A stretch of DNA of 64,000 bases from an uncultured Chloroflexia bacterium. Its GTDB lineage: Bacteria; Chloroflexota; Limnocylindria; Limnocylindrales; CSP1-4. A program made the position numbers and the translations under genes. Each line of letters opens with the position of its first letter. The stretch's first letter is position 1. The DNA lies in NCBI GenBank assembly GCA_963748625.1, contig CAVVJT010000010.1:768001-832000 (forward strand). The letters are read 5' to 3'. Below, one piece after another: positions 52,518 through 62,709 of the stretch. The notes beneath the pieces are model-generated. The model was not told the origin of the DNA and did no database searches. It saw only the letters and a list, made by a program, of their open reading frames with translations.

Positions 52518-52661
52518 ATCGCCCAGCCGGGGGCGATCCTGCCCGATCCCCCAGCCGGGGGGCGAGTCTGCAGCCTGTGTTCGTGGCTCAACCGCCGAAT
52601 CGCCCAGCCGGGCGCCCGATCCCTGCAGGCCAGGCCCCAGATGCCCCCCTGGCTGGGCGAT
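52518..52661. repeat. Small inverted-repeat element with internal direct repeats
   Basis: atcgcccagccggggg ... cccctggctgggcgat ends; cccagccggg occurs three times in direct orientation. Confidence 0.7.
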
Positions 52662-52962
52662 GGCCGGGAGCCGGGGATGGCCGGCGCGCCTCCGGAATCA
52701 GAACGACGGGCCCGAAGGCCCGCCGTCCCAAGTCCTGTCGATCACGCGGTGGAGGGGGAGGAGGGTTCCGCGCGACCGGCTGTGTGTCGTTTCCTGGAGC
52801 GGTCCCGGCCCTCCCGAGCGCCGCTGCCGAGAGGAATCCTCGCCGATGGACCTGTCGGAGCGCCGGTGCCGGGCGGCCCGTCAATCCGGGACGGTGTGGG
52901 ACCAGTGGCACGGGACCCAGGGGGTGAACGTCCCGGTTCGTCCGGCTCCCCGGTTCGGGACC

Positions 52963-54741
52963 TCAGCGTCCGGGAAGGCGCGCGACAACCGTCGACGGAT
53001 CATCACGGACAACATCGGGGCCGGCAGGCCGCAGCTCGAAGCCAGCGCCGGCCAGCAGCCTGCGGGCGACCTCGAGGCGCCGGTCGATGGGCCCCGGATC
53101 GACGACGTCCCGCTCTGCGGCGCCCACGCGGGCCTCCATCGGGGTTCGCGCCGGTCGGCCGTCCGCGAGCGCCCGGAGCAGGGCGCCGCCGAGCCCGCGA
53201 CCACGGAACGCCGGAGCGACGCCCACGACGAGCAGGGACTCCACCGCCGCCTCGGTCATCGACGGCGCCGCGACCGCGACCCCCACGAGCACGCCATCCG
53301 ACACCGCACCGACGGCGCGCGCGTCATCGACCAGCGCAGCAACCAGGAGCGCGCGCGCATCCTCCGTGTCGAAGGGCGCAATGGTGCGCGGGGCAAGCGC
53401 GAGCGCGGTCACCCCGGCCGCCGTGAGAGGGTGCAGGGTCGGCTCGAGGGCGGCCTCCGCAACAGGCACACGCCCGGCGTCGTGGGACGCGAGCGGCGGT
53501 GCGGCGACGCCAGCCAGCACCGGCAGCCCCGCCCACGCCAGCGACGGCCGCCACCAGCCGCGGTCCTCGGCCTCGCGCACCAGGCGCGGCAGGGCGACGG
53601 CACGCACGCGGGCGAGGGTCGCAAGCGAGGTCTGCTCCGCCCCCTCCTGGGTCCCGCTCACCGGGCGCCCCGCGTTGGGCGGGTCGAGGAACACGTCGGG
53701 CATGCCCGGGGTGCCGAAGGCCGCCGCATCGAGCGCCCACCGGTCGCGCCACGCCGGCGGCGTCGCCGCCTCCGGCGCACGGTGGGCGCCGGCGAGCCAG
53801 GTCAAGGCCCAGGCCCTCGGTACAACCCGGTACGCGTCGTACCCGCCCCCGCCGGTGGCCAGCCAGCGCCCGCCGGCCCAGCGGTGCGCGACCGCATCGA
53901 CCAGTCGTGCCGCCTCGGCCATGCCGGTCGTGGTCACGCGCAGGTGCGCGAGGGGGTCCAGCACGTGTGCGTCGGCCCCGTGCTGGCTGACGATCACGTC
54001 GGGTCCGAAGACCGCCGCCAGCGCCGGCAGCAGGGCGCGCACAGCCGGGAGCCACGCGGTGTCGCCCGTGAAGGGCTCGAAGGGCATGTTGACCGAGCTC
54101 CCGGCTCCCTCCCCCTCCCCCAGCTCGTCGGGGAAGCCGGTCTCCGGGAACAGGTACCGGCCGCTCTCGTGGAACGAAAGGGTCAGCACGCCCGGATCGC
54201 CGTAGGTCATCGCCTGCACCCCGTCGCCGTGGTGCACGTCCAGGTCCACGTAGAGCACGCGGTGCCCCTCGGCCCGGGCCCGGACCACCGCAAGGGCCGG
54301 GTCGTTGTAGACGCAGAAGCCCCAGGCCTTCGCCGGCATCGCGTGGTGCAGGCCGCCACCCGGATGGAAGGCGTGCTCCACGCGCCCCGCCAGCACGCCT
54401 CGATCGCCCCGACCGCCCCGCCGACGATCGCCGCAGACGCCTCGTGCATACCTGAGAACGCCGGGTTGTCGGACAGGCCGATGCCCAGCTCGCCGCGCAA
54501 GGTGCGGGTCCGCAGAGAACCGGCGCACGGCCGCCAGGTACTCGGGCAGGTGGACGCGCAGCAGGACCTCGTCGTCCACGGGCTCCGGGGCCAGCCCGGG
54601 TTCGGCGCCCACGTGGTGCAGCAGGTCGATGCCGGGCCCGAAGCGCAATGGCGTCAGCGGGTGCTGGGACCCGAAGTCATATGCCAGCGAGCGGGGTCCG
54701 AAGACGAGGAGCGGGCCGTCGATCGTGGACACGCCCGTCAC
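52963..54741 (-). CDS. AcuC/HDAC-family Zn-dependent deacetylase fused to a C-terminal GNAT domain (compensating indels near 54400-54500)
   Basis: HPLTPLR, GGGLHHA, GFCVYND, DLDVHHGDG, HGADAH..DPL, GGGGY; then VGVAPAFRGRGLGGALL and LAGAGF. Confidence 0.88.
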   Translation of the reverse strand: MTGVSTIDGPLLVFGPRSLAYDFGSQHPLTPLRFGPGIDLLHHVGAEPGLAPEPVDDEVLLRVHLPEYLAAVRRFSADPHLARRAGHRPVRQPGVLRYARGVCGDRRRGGRGDRGVLAGRVEHAFHPGGGLHHAMPAKAWGFCVYNDPALAVVRARAEGHRVLYVDLDVHHGDGVQAMTYGDPGVLTLSFHESGRYLFPETGFPDELGEGEGAGSSVNMPFEPFTGDTAWLPAVRALLPALAAVFGPDVIVSQHGADAHVLDPLAHLRVTTTGMAEAARLVDAVAHRWAGGRWLATGGGGYDAYRVVPRAWALTWLAGAHRAPEAATPPAWRDRWALDAAAFGTPGMPDVFLDPPNAGRPVSGTQEGAEQTSLATLARVRAVALPRLVREAEDRGWWRPSLAWAGLPVLAGVAAPPLASHDAGRVPVAEAALEPTLHPLTAAGVTALALAPRTIAPFDTEDARALLVAALVDDARAVGAVSDGVLVGVAVAAPSMTEAAVESLLVVGVAPAFRGRGLGGALLRALADGRPARTPMEARVGAAERDVVDPGPIDRRLEVARRLLAGAGFELRPAGPDVVRDDPSTVVARLPGR

Positions 54742-54792
54742 CTTATCGCGCAGGTGGCGTCACGGCGCGTGTCCGCTGCTACCATCCGCGCC

Positions 54793-54966
54793 ATGGACAT
54801 CCTGATCGTCCTCGTCATCGTCCTGGTCATCGTGCTGATGTGGCGCGGCCCCAAGACCCTGCCCCTGATCGGCAAGGCCTTCGGCCAGGGCGTCAAGGAA
54901 GCACGCAAGGAGATCGACGACATCAAGTCCGACGTCTCCTCGAAGGACGACACGCCGCCCTCCTGA
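54793..54966 (+). CDS. tatA: Twin-arginine translocase TatA/E subunit
   Basis: N-terminal TM, GPKTLP.IGKAFGQGVKE amphipathic helix; TACCAT 7 nt before the ATG. Confidence 0.82.
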   Translation: MDILIVLVIVLVIVLMWRGPKTLPLIGKAFGQGVKEARKEIDDIKSDVSSKDDTPPS

Positions 54967-55011
54967 GCGTGAGCCGGCCGCAGCCGAACGGGACCTCGCC
55001 GGGGGACCGCG

Positions 55012-57115
55012 TCATCCGCCGGCCAGCAGCGCCTCGAGGGCCTCGGGCTCGGTCACCGGCTGTCGGCAGGCGAAGTCGCGGCAGACGTACGCGGTCGCCC
55101 GTCCCTGCAACCGGAACCGGTGCGGCAGCAGCGGGATCGCACTCGCGTCAGGGTCGGCGGCCAGCGCCCTGACCGCGAACGGCCGGTACACGGCGTCGAT
55201 CGTGCGGATGAGCGCGGCCGTATCGGCAGCACCCAGGTCAGCCGCCATGGCGACCTCGAGGTAGCCCGCGTGGGCGGCCTCGAGTGCAGCCAGCCACTGC
55301 GCGAAGGCGTTGGGGTACCGCGCAAGGAACGGGCCGACCGTGGCCAGCGCCTCCTCGGCGGCGGACCGGTAGCGATCCTCGCCGGTGAGGGCGGCGAGGC
55401 GCAGCAGCACGGTGACCGCCATCGCGCCACCGGACGGCGTGGCGTTGTCCTGCTGGCTGCGGGGCCGCACGACGAGGGCCTCGCCGTCATCGGGCGTGTC
55501 GAAGAAGGCGCCGGCCGGGTCGGCGAAGTGGTCCAGCATCCGGTCCGCGAGACCCCTGGCGGTGGCGAACCAGCGCTCGTCGAAGGTGGCCTCGTAGAGG
55601 GCGAGCAGACCCTCGGCAAGGTCCGCGTAGTCCTCGAGCGTGCCGTCAGCTGTCGCGCGCCCGTCCTTCCATGATCGGCGCAGGCGGCCGTCCGGAGCGA
55701 GGAGGCCCGTGACGACGACGTCGGCAGCCTCGACGGCCGCACTGCGGTAGCGAGCTGCGTCGGTCGAGGGTCCAGGCCCGGGGCCGGCCACGTCGAGGGC
55801 GCGGGCAGCGTCGGCCAGCGCGGCGATCGCGAGGCCGTTCCAGGCCGCGAGCACCTTGTCGTCGCGGGCGGGCTGGGGTCGCTGCGCACGCCGGACGAGC
55901 AGGGTGCTCCGGGCATGGGCCAGGCGGTCCGCCACGACGCCCTGCGCCAGCCCAAACCGCTCGCCAAGCTCCGCGTCGCCGCGGACGCGGGAGAGGATCG
56001 TGCGCCCCTCCCAGTTCCCGGCGTCGGTGACGCCGTAGGCCGCAGCGAACAGGGGCGCATCGTCGCCCAGGATCTCGCGCACCTCCGCCGCCGACCACGT
56101 GAACGTGGCGCCCTCGACGCCGTCCGTGTCGGCGTCCTGGCTTGCCGCGAACCCGCCCCCGTCCACGCGCAGCTCCCGCAGCAGGTAGTCGAGCGTGGCG
56201 GTGGCAACGTCCCGGTAGGCGGGGTCGCCCGTGAGCTGCCACGCGTGCACGTAGACCCGCGCAAGCTGGGCGTTGTCGTAGAGCATCTGCTCGAAATGCG
56301 GCACCAGCCAGTGCGCATCGGTGCTGTAGCGATGGAACCCGCCGCCCAGCTGGTCCCGCACGCCACCGGCCGCCATGGCGTCCAGGCTCCTGCACGCCGT
56401 CGCCAGCCAGCGGGGGTCACCAGTCACGACGTGATGCCGGAGCAGCAGCTCGATCGCCATCGGCTGGGGGAACTTGGGGGCCTGGCCCCAGCCGCCGTGC
56501 TCCCGGTCGAACGCGGCCTCGAGCGCCGCTGCGGCCTCGGCAAGCACCGCTCGGGGTGGCAGCCCCGGAGGACGGCGACGCCGACCGCTGCTGCTCGGCG
56601 ATAGCGCGGACCAGCGTGTCGGCCGCCTCACCGAGCCCGGCACGCTGCGAGTCCCAGGCCAGTCGCACGCCCTCGAGCACCTGGCGGAACGAGGGCATGC
56701 CGTGGCGCGGGGTGTCCGGGTAGTACGTGCCGCCGAAGAACGGGCGGCCGGCGGTGTCCAGGAACACGCTCATCGGCCAGCCGCCGCCACCGGTGAGCGC
56801 CTGGACCGCGCCCATGTACAGGGCGTCGATGTCGGGGCGCTCCTCGCGGTCGACCTTGATCGCGACGTAGTGCTCGTTGAGCAGGGCCGCGGTCCGCTCG
56901 TCCTCGAACGACTCACGCTCCATGACGTGGCACCAGTGGCAGGCCGCATAGCCGATGGAGAGGAAGACCGGCCGGTCGAGGGCGCGCGCGCGCTCGAGGG
57001 CCTCGGCGCCCCACGGGTACCAGTCCACCGGGTTGTGGGCGTGCTGGAGCAGATACGGGCTGGTCTCGCCGGCGAGCCGGTTCGCGGGCCGCCGGGCCGG
57101 ATCGACATCAGGCAT
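55012..57115 (-). CDS. YyaL/SSP411 family thioredoxin-domain + six-hairpin glycosidase-like protein (frameshift near 56570)
   Basis: [68 protein letters not shown]. Confidence 0.92.
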
Positions 57116-57302
57116 GGCCACGATGGTACGCGGCACGGCCCATCCCCCACCGGCAGGCACCGGTCCTGCAGGGTGGCGTCCCGATGATTCGTGCCGAACG
57201 GCCTGTCACCAAAATGTCCGCCACCCCTCTAGCACTGATGGCCCGACAGTCGTAGGCTACGCACAGCGCCGAATCGTACCGTGCCTCGTCCCAGGAGCTG
57301 GA

Positions 57303-59157
57303 TTGCTGAACCGCATCCCGCGCGCACTGATCCTCGCTATAACGATCACCGCCCTCGCCGCGACGGCGCTTGCCGCGCCTGCCGCGGCAGCGTCGCGCGT
57401 CGCGCGAGTCGCGCTGATCGTGGGCCCGGCGGGCGACGTCACCGCGCGCTACCGGGCGCTCGCGGAAGACGCGGCGGACGTCGCGCGCAAGGCCGGCGCC
57501 CAGGTTGTCACCGTGTACTCGCCCGATGCCACCTGGCCCGCCGTGAAGCGCGCCGTGGAGGGCGCCTCCATCGTCGTCTACCTCGGCCACGGCAACGGCT
57601 GGCCGTCCCCGTACCGGGACTCGCTGTACCCCCGCTCCCAGAACGGGTTCGGGCTCAATCCCGTCGCCGGCCGCAACGATCGTGACCACCAGTACTTCGG
57701 TGAGGCGTCGATCGAGAACCTCCAGCTCGCGTCCAACGCGGTCGTGGTGTTCAGCCACCTCTGCTACGCCAGCGGCAACTCGGAGCCGGGCATCGCGGAG
57801 GGCTCAGTTGACGACGCCGTCCAGCGCGTGGACAACTACGCGTCGGGCTTCATCCGGGCAGGTGCCCGTGCCGTGGTCGCCGAGGCGTACCTTGGTCCCG
57901 CCTACTACGTGAACGCGATCCTCAAGGGCCGAGGCACCATCGAGGCCATCTGGGATGGCGCGCCCACGGCCAACGGCCACACGTTCGCTGTCGCGAGCAC
58001 CCGGACACCCGGCTACGCACTCCAGCTTGATCCCAACCGCCGTTCCAGCGGCTTCGTCCGCTCACTGGTCTCCCGTGGGGTCACGGCGGCCCAGGTGCGG
58101 GCCGGTGCGGCCGGCATCCCGGGCATCTCGGGGCCGCCGCCGCTGCCCTCCCTGACGAAGCAGGGGATCCGCTTCAGCGAGGCGGCGTTCGCCGCGCTGC
58201 CGATCGCCACCACGACGACCACCCTCACGCTCCCGGTCAGCAAAGGGTCGCGTGGACCGCATCCCTGCCGGCACGGAGGTCAGCGTCCGCTGGGATCCGA
58301 TCGTCCTCGACACGCCCGAGCCCACCGCGACGCCGGCGCCCGAGCCGACAAAGGGTCCGGTCTCGAACTGGGCGATCGCCACGCCCACGCCGCTGCCGGC
58401 GGCTCCCGAGGTGGACCTCGTCGTGCCCGAGGCCGCCGGGTCCGTGGTGGAGCCCGTCGCGGTCATCAGGGATGCGGCCGGCCTGCGACTCACGGTCAGC
58501 TACCCCAAGGCGCCCGGGCTCTACCGCCTGACGGCGATGCTCCACACGGCCGAGGGCGTCGCGTACGACACAGAGACCCAGTCGCTGCTGACACCGGTCC
58601 TTGTGAAGGTGGGCGGGGCCATCGCCGCCGCCTACGGCGTGCCATCCTCGCTCGATCTGGAGGCTGGCGACAGCGTGAAGCTCCCGGTCCGGGTGATGAA
58701 CGCGGGCTCCCAGCGCTGGGATCTCGAGACCACGGCACCCCGGACCATGGTTGCGGGCGAGCCGCAGCTGCCCGGTCGTGTCAGCACCGTCCCGGCCAGG
58801 CTCGTCGCAACATGGGTCTCAACGTCGGGTCACCCGGTCCCGGCGCCTGCGACCGTCCCGCTCGCGAACGCCGTTGCCACCCCTGGCGGGGTGGCCGAGG
58901 CGGAGATCGCGCTGACGGTGCCCGCTGAGGCCGGCGACTACCTGCTGCTGCTCGACGTGGTCTCGCCTGCGAGTGGATCCCTCTCCGCGCTGGGGTCGGA
59001 GCCGGCCATCGTGCGCGTGACGGTCACCGGCAGCCTCGTGGTCGCGGCACCGTCGCCGGCCGTCCCCGCGTCGCCGGCCGTCCCCGCGTCCCCTGCGGTT
59101 CCCGCGTCCCCTGCGGTTCCCGTTTCGGCGGACCCGTCCGCGGCACCGGGCTCCTGA
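57303..59157 (+). CDS. Secreted protein with a putative caspase/gingipain-like (clan CD) domain and C-terminal Ig-like domains; frameshift near 58245
   Basis: AGGAG + TTG start; signal peptide ending AAAA; VVYLGHGNG and VFSHLCYASG; Pro-rich linkers and a PASPAV x4 tail. Confidence 0.65.
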
Positions 59158-59213
59158 CCGCGGCCAGCACGCCGCCGGACGACGTTCCTGCCCGAGGCAT
59201 CCGCGCCGGAACG

Positions 59214-59912
59214 GTGCCGGCCTTCCTGCCCTCCGTCCACGGGCTCCACTTCGCCAACCGGTTCCCGCCGGGCCCCACCCTGACCCTCGGCCCGTTCGAC
59301 CCGCGCATGGTGGGCTTCGGGGATGCGTCGACGGGCCTGTGCGGGGGCATGGCCCTCACGGCCCGGGATCTCTGGGAGGCTGGCGTCCCTGCACCCCTCG
59401 ACACGGCACCTCCGGACAACGGGAGCCGCCGCTTCCGCTCCCTGGTCCGTCGCCAGGTCGAGTCACTCGACTGGCTGCGCGTCCCCCTGCGCTACTTCGA
59501 CCTGCAGGCCATGCGTCCGGACCCGCCGACGCTGCTGTCAAGCGCGGTGGGGCGTCTGCCCGCCCGTGTGCCTGCCATCCGCGACGAGTGGCCCCACATC
59601 CGGCGCGGGCTGGCGGCAGGACATCCGGTGGTCGTCGGCCTGGTCCGCGCGGCAGGATCCTCACCCTGGCGGCTGACGCAGAACCACCAGGTTCTCGCGT
59701 GGGCGTGGGAGGAGACCCCGGTGTCGATCACCATCCGCATCTACGACCCCAACCACCCGTGCCGGGACGACGTGGTGCTCCTGGTGGACATCGAGCCCGG
59801 ACCAGGGCTGTGGCACGAGCGGCTCAGCCTCAGCCAGTCCACCGGCGAGCCGCTGCTTGGCTTCTTCCGCCAGCCCTACCCCGGACCGCGACCGGTGCGC
59901 GCCTGGCGGTGA
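59214..59912 (+). CDS. Hypothetical protein with a papain-like Cys-His-Asp motif set
   Basis: GLCGGM, NHQVLAW, IYDPN. Confidence 0.65.
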   Translation: MPAFLPSVHGLHFANRFPPGPTLTLGPFDPRMVGFGDASTGLCGGMALTARDLWEAGVPAPLDTAPPDNGSRRFRSLVRRQVESLDWLRVPLRYFDLQAMRPDPPTLLSSAVGRLPARVPAIRDEWPHIRRGLAAGHPVVVGLVRAAGSSPWRLTQNHQVLAWAWEETPVSITIRIYDPNHPCRDDVVLLVDIEPGPGLWHERLSLSQSTGEPLLGFFRQPYPGPRPVRAWR

Positions 59913-59961
59913 TCCAGGCGACGGACGGGCGCCGCCTGACCCACCAGGGCCTGTCGGGCGC

Positions 59962-62700
59962 TCAGAGAGCCGGCAGGGACTGCGCGTCGTCCGGCAGGCG
60001 GGCCCACGGGTCGCCGATGGCCGCGGCACGTGTCGGGAGGGAGCGCACCGTCCACCGGTCGGGGGCCAGCGAGGGATCGTCGAGCTCGTCCCAGGTGATG
60101 GGCGCGGATACCGGTGCCCCGGGCCGCGGACGGACCGCGTAGGGGGCGACCAGCGTCTTGATCGGCTGGTTCTGGGTGTAGTCGAGCCGCGCACGTCCAG
60201 CCCGGTCGGCCTTGGCCCACTCCCAGGAGACGAGATCGGGCACGGTTGCGCCGACCGCCCTCGACAGGCGCTCCACCCAGGCCGACGTCTCGTCGAAGCT
60301 GTACCGGCCACGCTCGAGCGGGATCCAGGCCTGGATGCCGCGGCTGCCCGTCAGCTTGGGGTAGGCGCGGACGCCCAGGTGCTCGAGCGCAGTGCGGAAG
60401 AGGCGCGCGAGGAGCAGCGTCTGCTCCCACGTGGTGGCGGTCCCGGGGTCGATGTCGATGAGGGCGTACGTCGGGCGCCACGGATCGTCCATGGTGGACG
60501 TCCAGGCGTGGAACTCGAAGGCCGCCTGGTTGCCCAGCCAGCACAGGGCCGCGACGGAGTCGGCCACGAGATGGTCATTAGCGGCCCGGTCCTCGCGCTC
60601 GCGGAAGCCCTGCTCATGCCAGATCGTCAGCCAGCGGGGCGCACTTGCCGGGATGTCCTTCTGCCAGAACCCGGGCGCTGCCGCCCCGTTGGGGAAACGG
60701 TGCAGGTTGAGCGGGCGGCGCGAGAGATGGGGCAGCACGAGCGGCGCGACGCGGGCGAGGTAGCCGATGAGGTCACGCTTGGTCACCGGCTGCTCATCGA
60801 CGCCGTCACGGGGGACGAAGAGGACCTTGTCCAGGTTCGTGAGCTTGAGATCCCGTCCGCCGACGCTCCAGACGGCATCGCCCCCGAGTGCCACGAGCGC
60901 GTCGAGTTCGGCATCGGTGGCGACGGCAAACGCGACCGGGGTGGCGCCGGGGGCCGGGGCGGGGGCGGCGGCTGGAGCGGGGGCGGCGGCCTCGGTGGCC
61001 ACCTCGCGCTCGGCACGGACAGGATCCACCGGCTGCTCGCGCACCACCTCGCGCGGGTCCCGCCTGGGCTCGATCCCCTTGTAGGACGCCTGGCGGATGT
61101 GGCCGTCCCGTGACCACCCGCCCAGCTCCACCCGCACGACCAGCTCCGGGCGGACCCAGCGGACCCCGGCGAGATCGCCGCCCCAGCGTCCCTTGTAGTC
61201 GGGCGGAGGGGCGGGATCGAACGCCGGCGCCTCGATCTCGAGTCCACCGAGGCGGGCGAGGAGGTCGGCGCGCGTCCGTGCGGTGAACCCGGAGCCGACC
61301 TTGCCCACGAACTGGAGCGTCTCGCCCTCGTACACCCCCAGCACCAGCGCTCCGAGATCCTTCGCGCTCCCCTCCCCCGGCGTCCAACCGCCGACGACCA
61401 CCTCCTGCTCGGGACGGACCTTGAGCTTGAGCCACGCCGGCGAACGGCGGCCGGGCTCATACCGGGAGCGGCGCTGCTTGGCCACGACACCCTCGAGGCC
61501 CTGGGCGGCGGCGGCCTCGAAGAAGGCGATGCCCTCGGTCGCGATGTGCTTCGCGTACTGGACCCGGGGTGTCGGGCGCAGCACCAGCTCCAGCAGGCGC
61601 TTGCGCTCCTCGAGCGGCACGTCGAGCAACGAGCGCCCGTCGAGGTGCAGCAGGTCGAACGCCTGGAAGACAAGACCCGATGGTGTCCCGGCCCGCGCCG
61701 CCGAGATGCGCTCCTGGAGCAGCGAGAAGTCCGGGCGGCCGTGCTCGTCGAGCGCGACAACCTCCCCGTCCACGATGGCCTCGCGGGCGGCGATCCACCC
61801 GGGCGGCTCCAGCAGGCGGCCGAAGTAGCCGGCCGCGTCGTGGCCGTTGCGGGTGTAGAGGCGGACGGCGCCGGCCTCCACGACCGCTTCGACCCGATAC
61901 CCGTCCCACTTGATCTCGAACAGCCAGTCCTCGTCGCTGAACGGGCGGCTCGCCAGCGTCGCCCGCATGGGCTCGAGGTAGCGCGGCATCGGCGCCGGTC
62001 GTGCAGCGGAGAGGTCGATGCGGGCCGTCGCAGCGGGCATCTCGGACACCCAGATCACCGGTGCGTCTGTCTTCACCTGGTCGTTGGTGCGGCCGGACTT
62101 CACGCTTTGCGGGTGATCCTCCGCGTCCCAGCCGGCGACCGCGTGCTCGTCGCGCTTCTTGATCAGCAGCCACTGCTCGCCCTCGTCGTCCTCGAAGGCG
62201 GTCCGGGGCACCGCACCCGGCCGACGGCTGGTGCGGACGATGGTGAACCGGCCGACCAGCTTCTCGCCGCGGGCGCGGAACTTGAGCTCGCCATCCACGA
62301 TGGCCTGCACCGGATCGGGGGTCTCGGGCTCCGGCTCCCAGGTGCCCCAGTCCCACACGATGACGTCGCCGGCGCCGTACTGCCTGGGCGGGATGACCCC
62401 TTCGAAGTCGAAGTACTCGACCGGATGGTCCTCCACGTGGACCGCCATGCGCCGGGCGTCGGGGTCCAGCGTGGGGCCCTTGGGGACGGCCCACGACACG
62501 AGGACGCCGTCGATCTCGAGCCGCACGTCGTAGTGGAGGCGCGACGCGCGGTGGCGCTGGACCACGAAGCGGCCGCGAACCGGGAGTCCGTCGGCCGACG
62601 CTGCGCGTGCCGAGGCGACCGGTGCCGGGGCGACCGGTCCCGGGGCGGGCTCGGGCGTCTTCGCGAAGTCGCGCTTGCGCCGGTAGTCGTCGAGCGGCAT
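59962..62700 (-). CDS. ligD: NHEJ DNA ligase D (phosphoesterase-ligase-polymerase order)
   Basis: YRRKRDF..TPEP, HYDVRLE, SWAVPKGP; EIKWDGYR, EGVVAK, WLKLK; LTNLDK, RFPNG, DIDP, LDYTQN, APYAVR. Confidence 0.96.
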   Translation of the reverse strand: MPLDDYRRKRDFAKTPEPAPGPVAPAPVASARAASADGLPVRGRFVVQRHRASRLHYDVRLEIDGVLVSWAVPKGPTLDPDARRMAVHVEDHPVEYFDFEGVIPPRQYGAGDVIVWDWGTWEPEPETPDPVQAIVDGELKFRARGEKLVGRFTIVRTSRRPGAVPRTAFEDDEGEQWLLIKKRDEHAVAGWDAEDHPQSVKSGRTNDQVKTDAPVIWVSEMPAATARIDLSAARPAPMPRYLEPMRATLASRPFSDEDWLFEIKWDGYRVEAVVEAGAVRLYTRNGHDAAGYFGRLLEPPGWIAAREAIVDGEVVALDEHGRPDFSLLQERISAARAGTPSGLVFQAFDLLHLDGRSLLDVPLEERKRLLELVLRPTPRVQYAKHIATEGIAFFEAAAAQGLEGVVAKQRRSRYEPGRRSPAWLKLKVRPEQEVVVGGWTPGEGSAKDLGALVLGVYEGETLQFVGKVGSGFTARTRADLLARLGGLEIEAPAFDPAPPPDYKGRWGGDLAGVRWVRPELVVRVELGGWSRDGHIRQASYKGIEPRRDPREVVREQPVDPVRAEREVATEAAAPAPAAAPAPAPGATPVAFAVATDAELDALVALGGDAVWSVGGRDLKLTNLDKVLFVPRDGVDEQPVTKRDLIGYLARVAPLVLPHLSRRPLNLHRFPNGAAAPGFWQKDIPASAPRWLTIWHEQGFREREDRAANDHLVADSVAALCWLGNQAAFEFHAWTSTMDDPWRPTYALIDIDPGTATTWEQTLLLARLFRTALEHLGVRAYPKLTGSRGIQAWIPLERGRYSFDETSAWVERLSRAVGATVPDLVSWEWAKADRAGRARLDYTQNQPIKTLVAPYAVRPRPGAPVSAPITWDELDDPSLAPDRWTVRSLPTRAAAIGDPWARLPDDAQSLPAL

Positions 62701-62709
62701 TCGCCCTGG

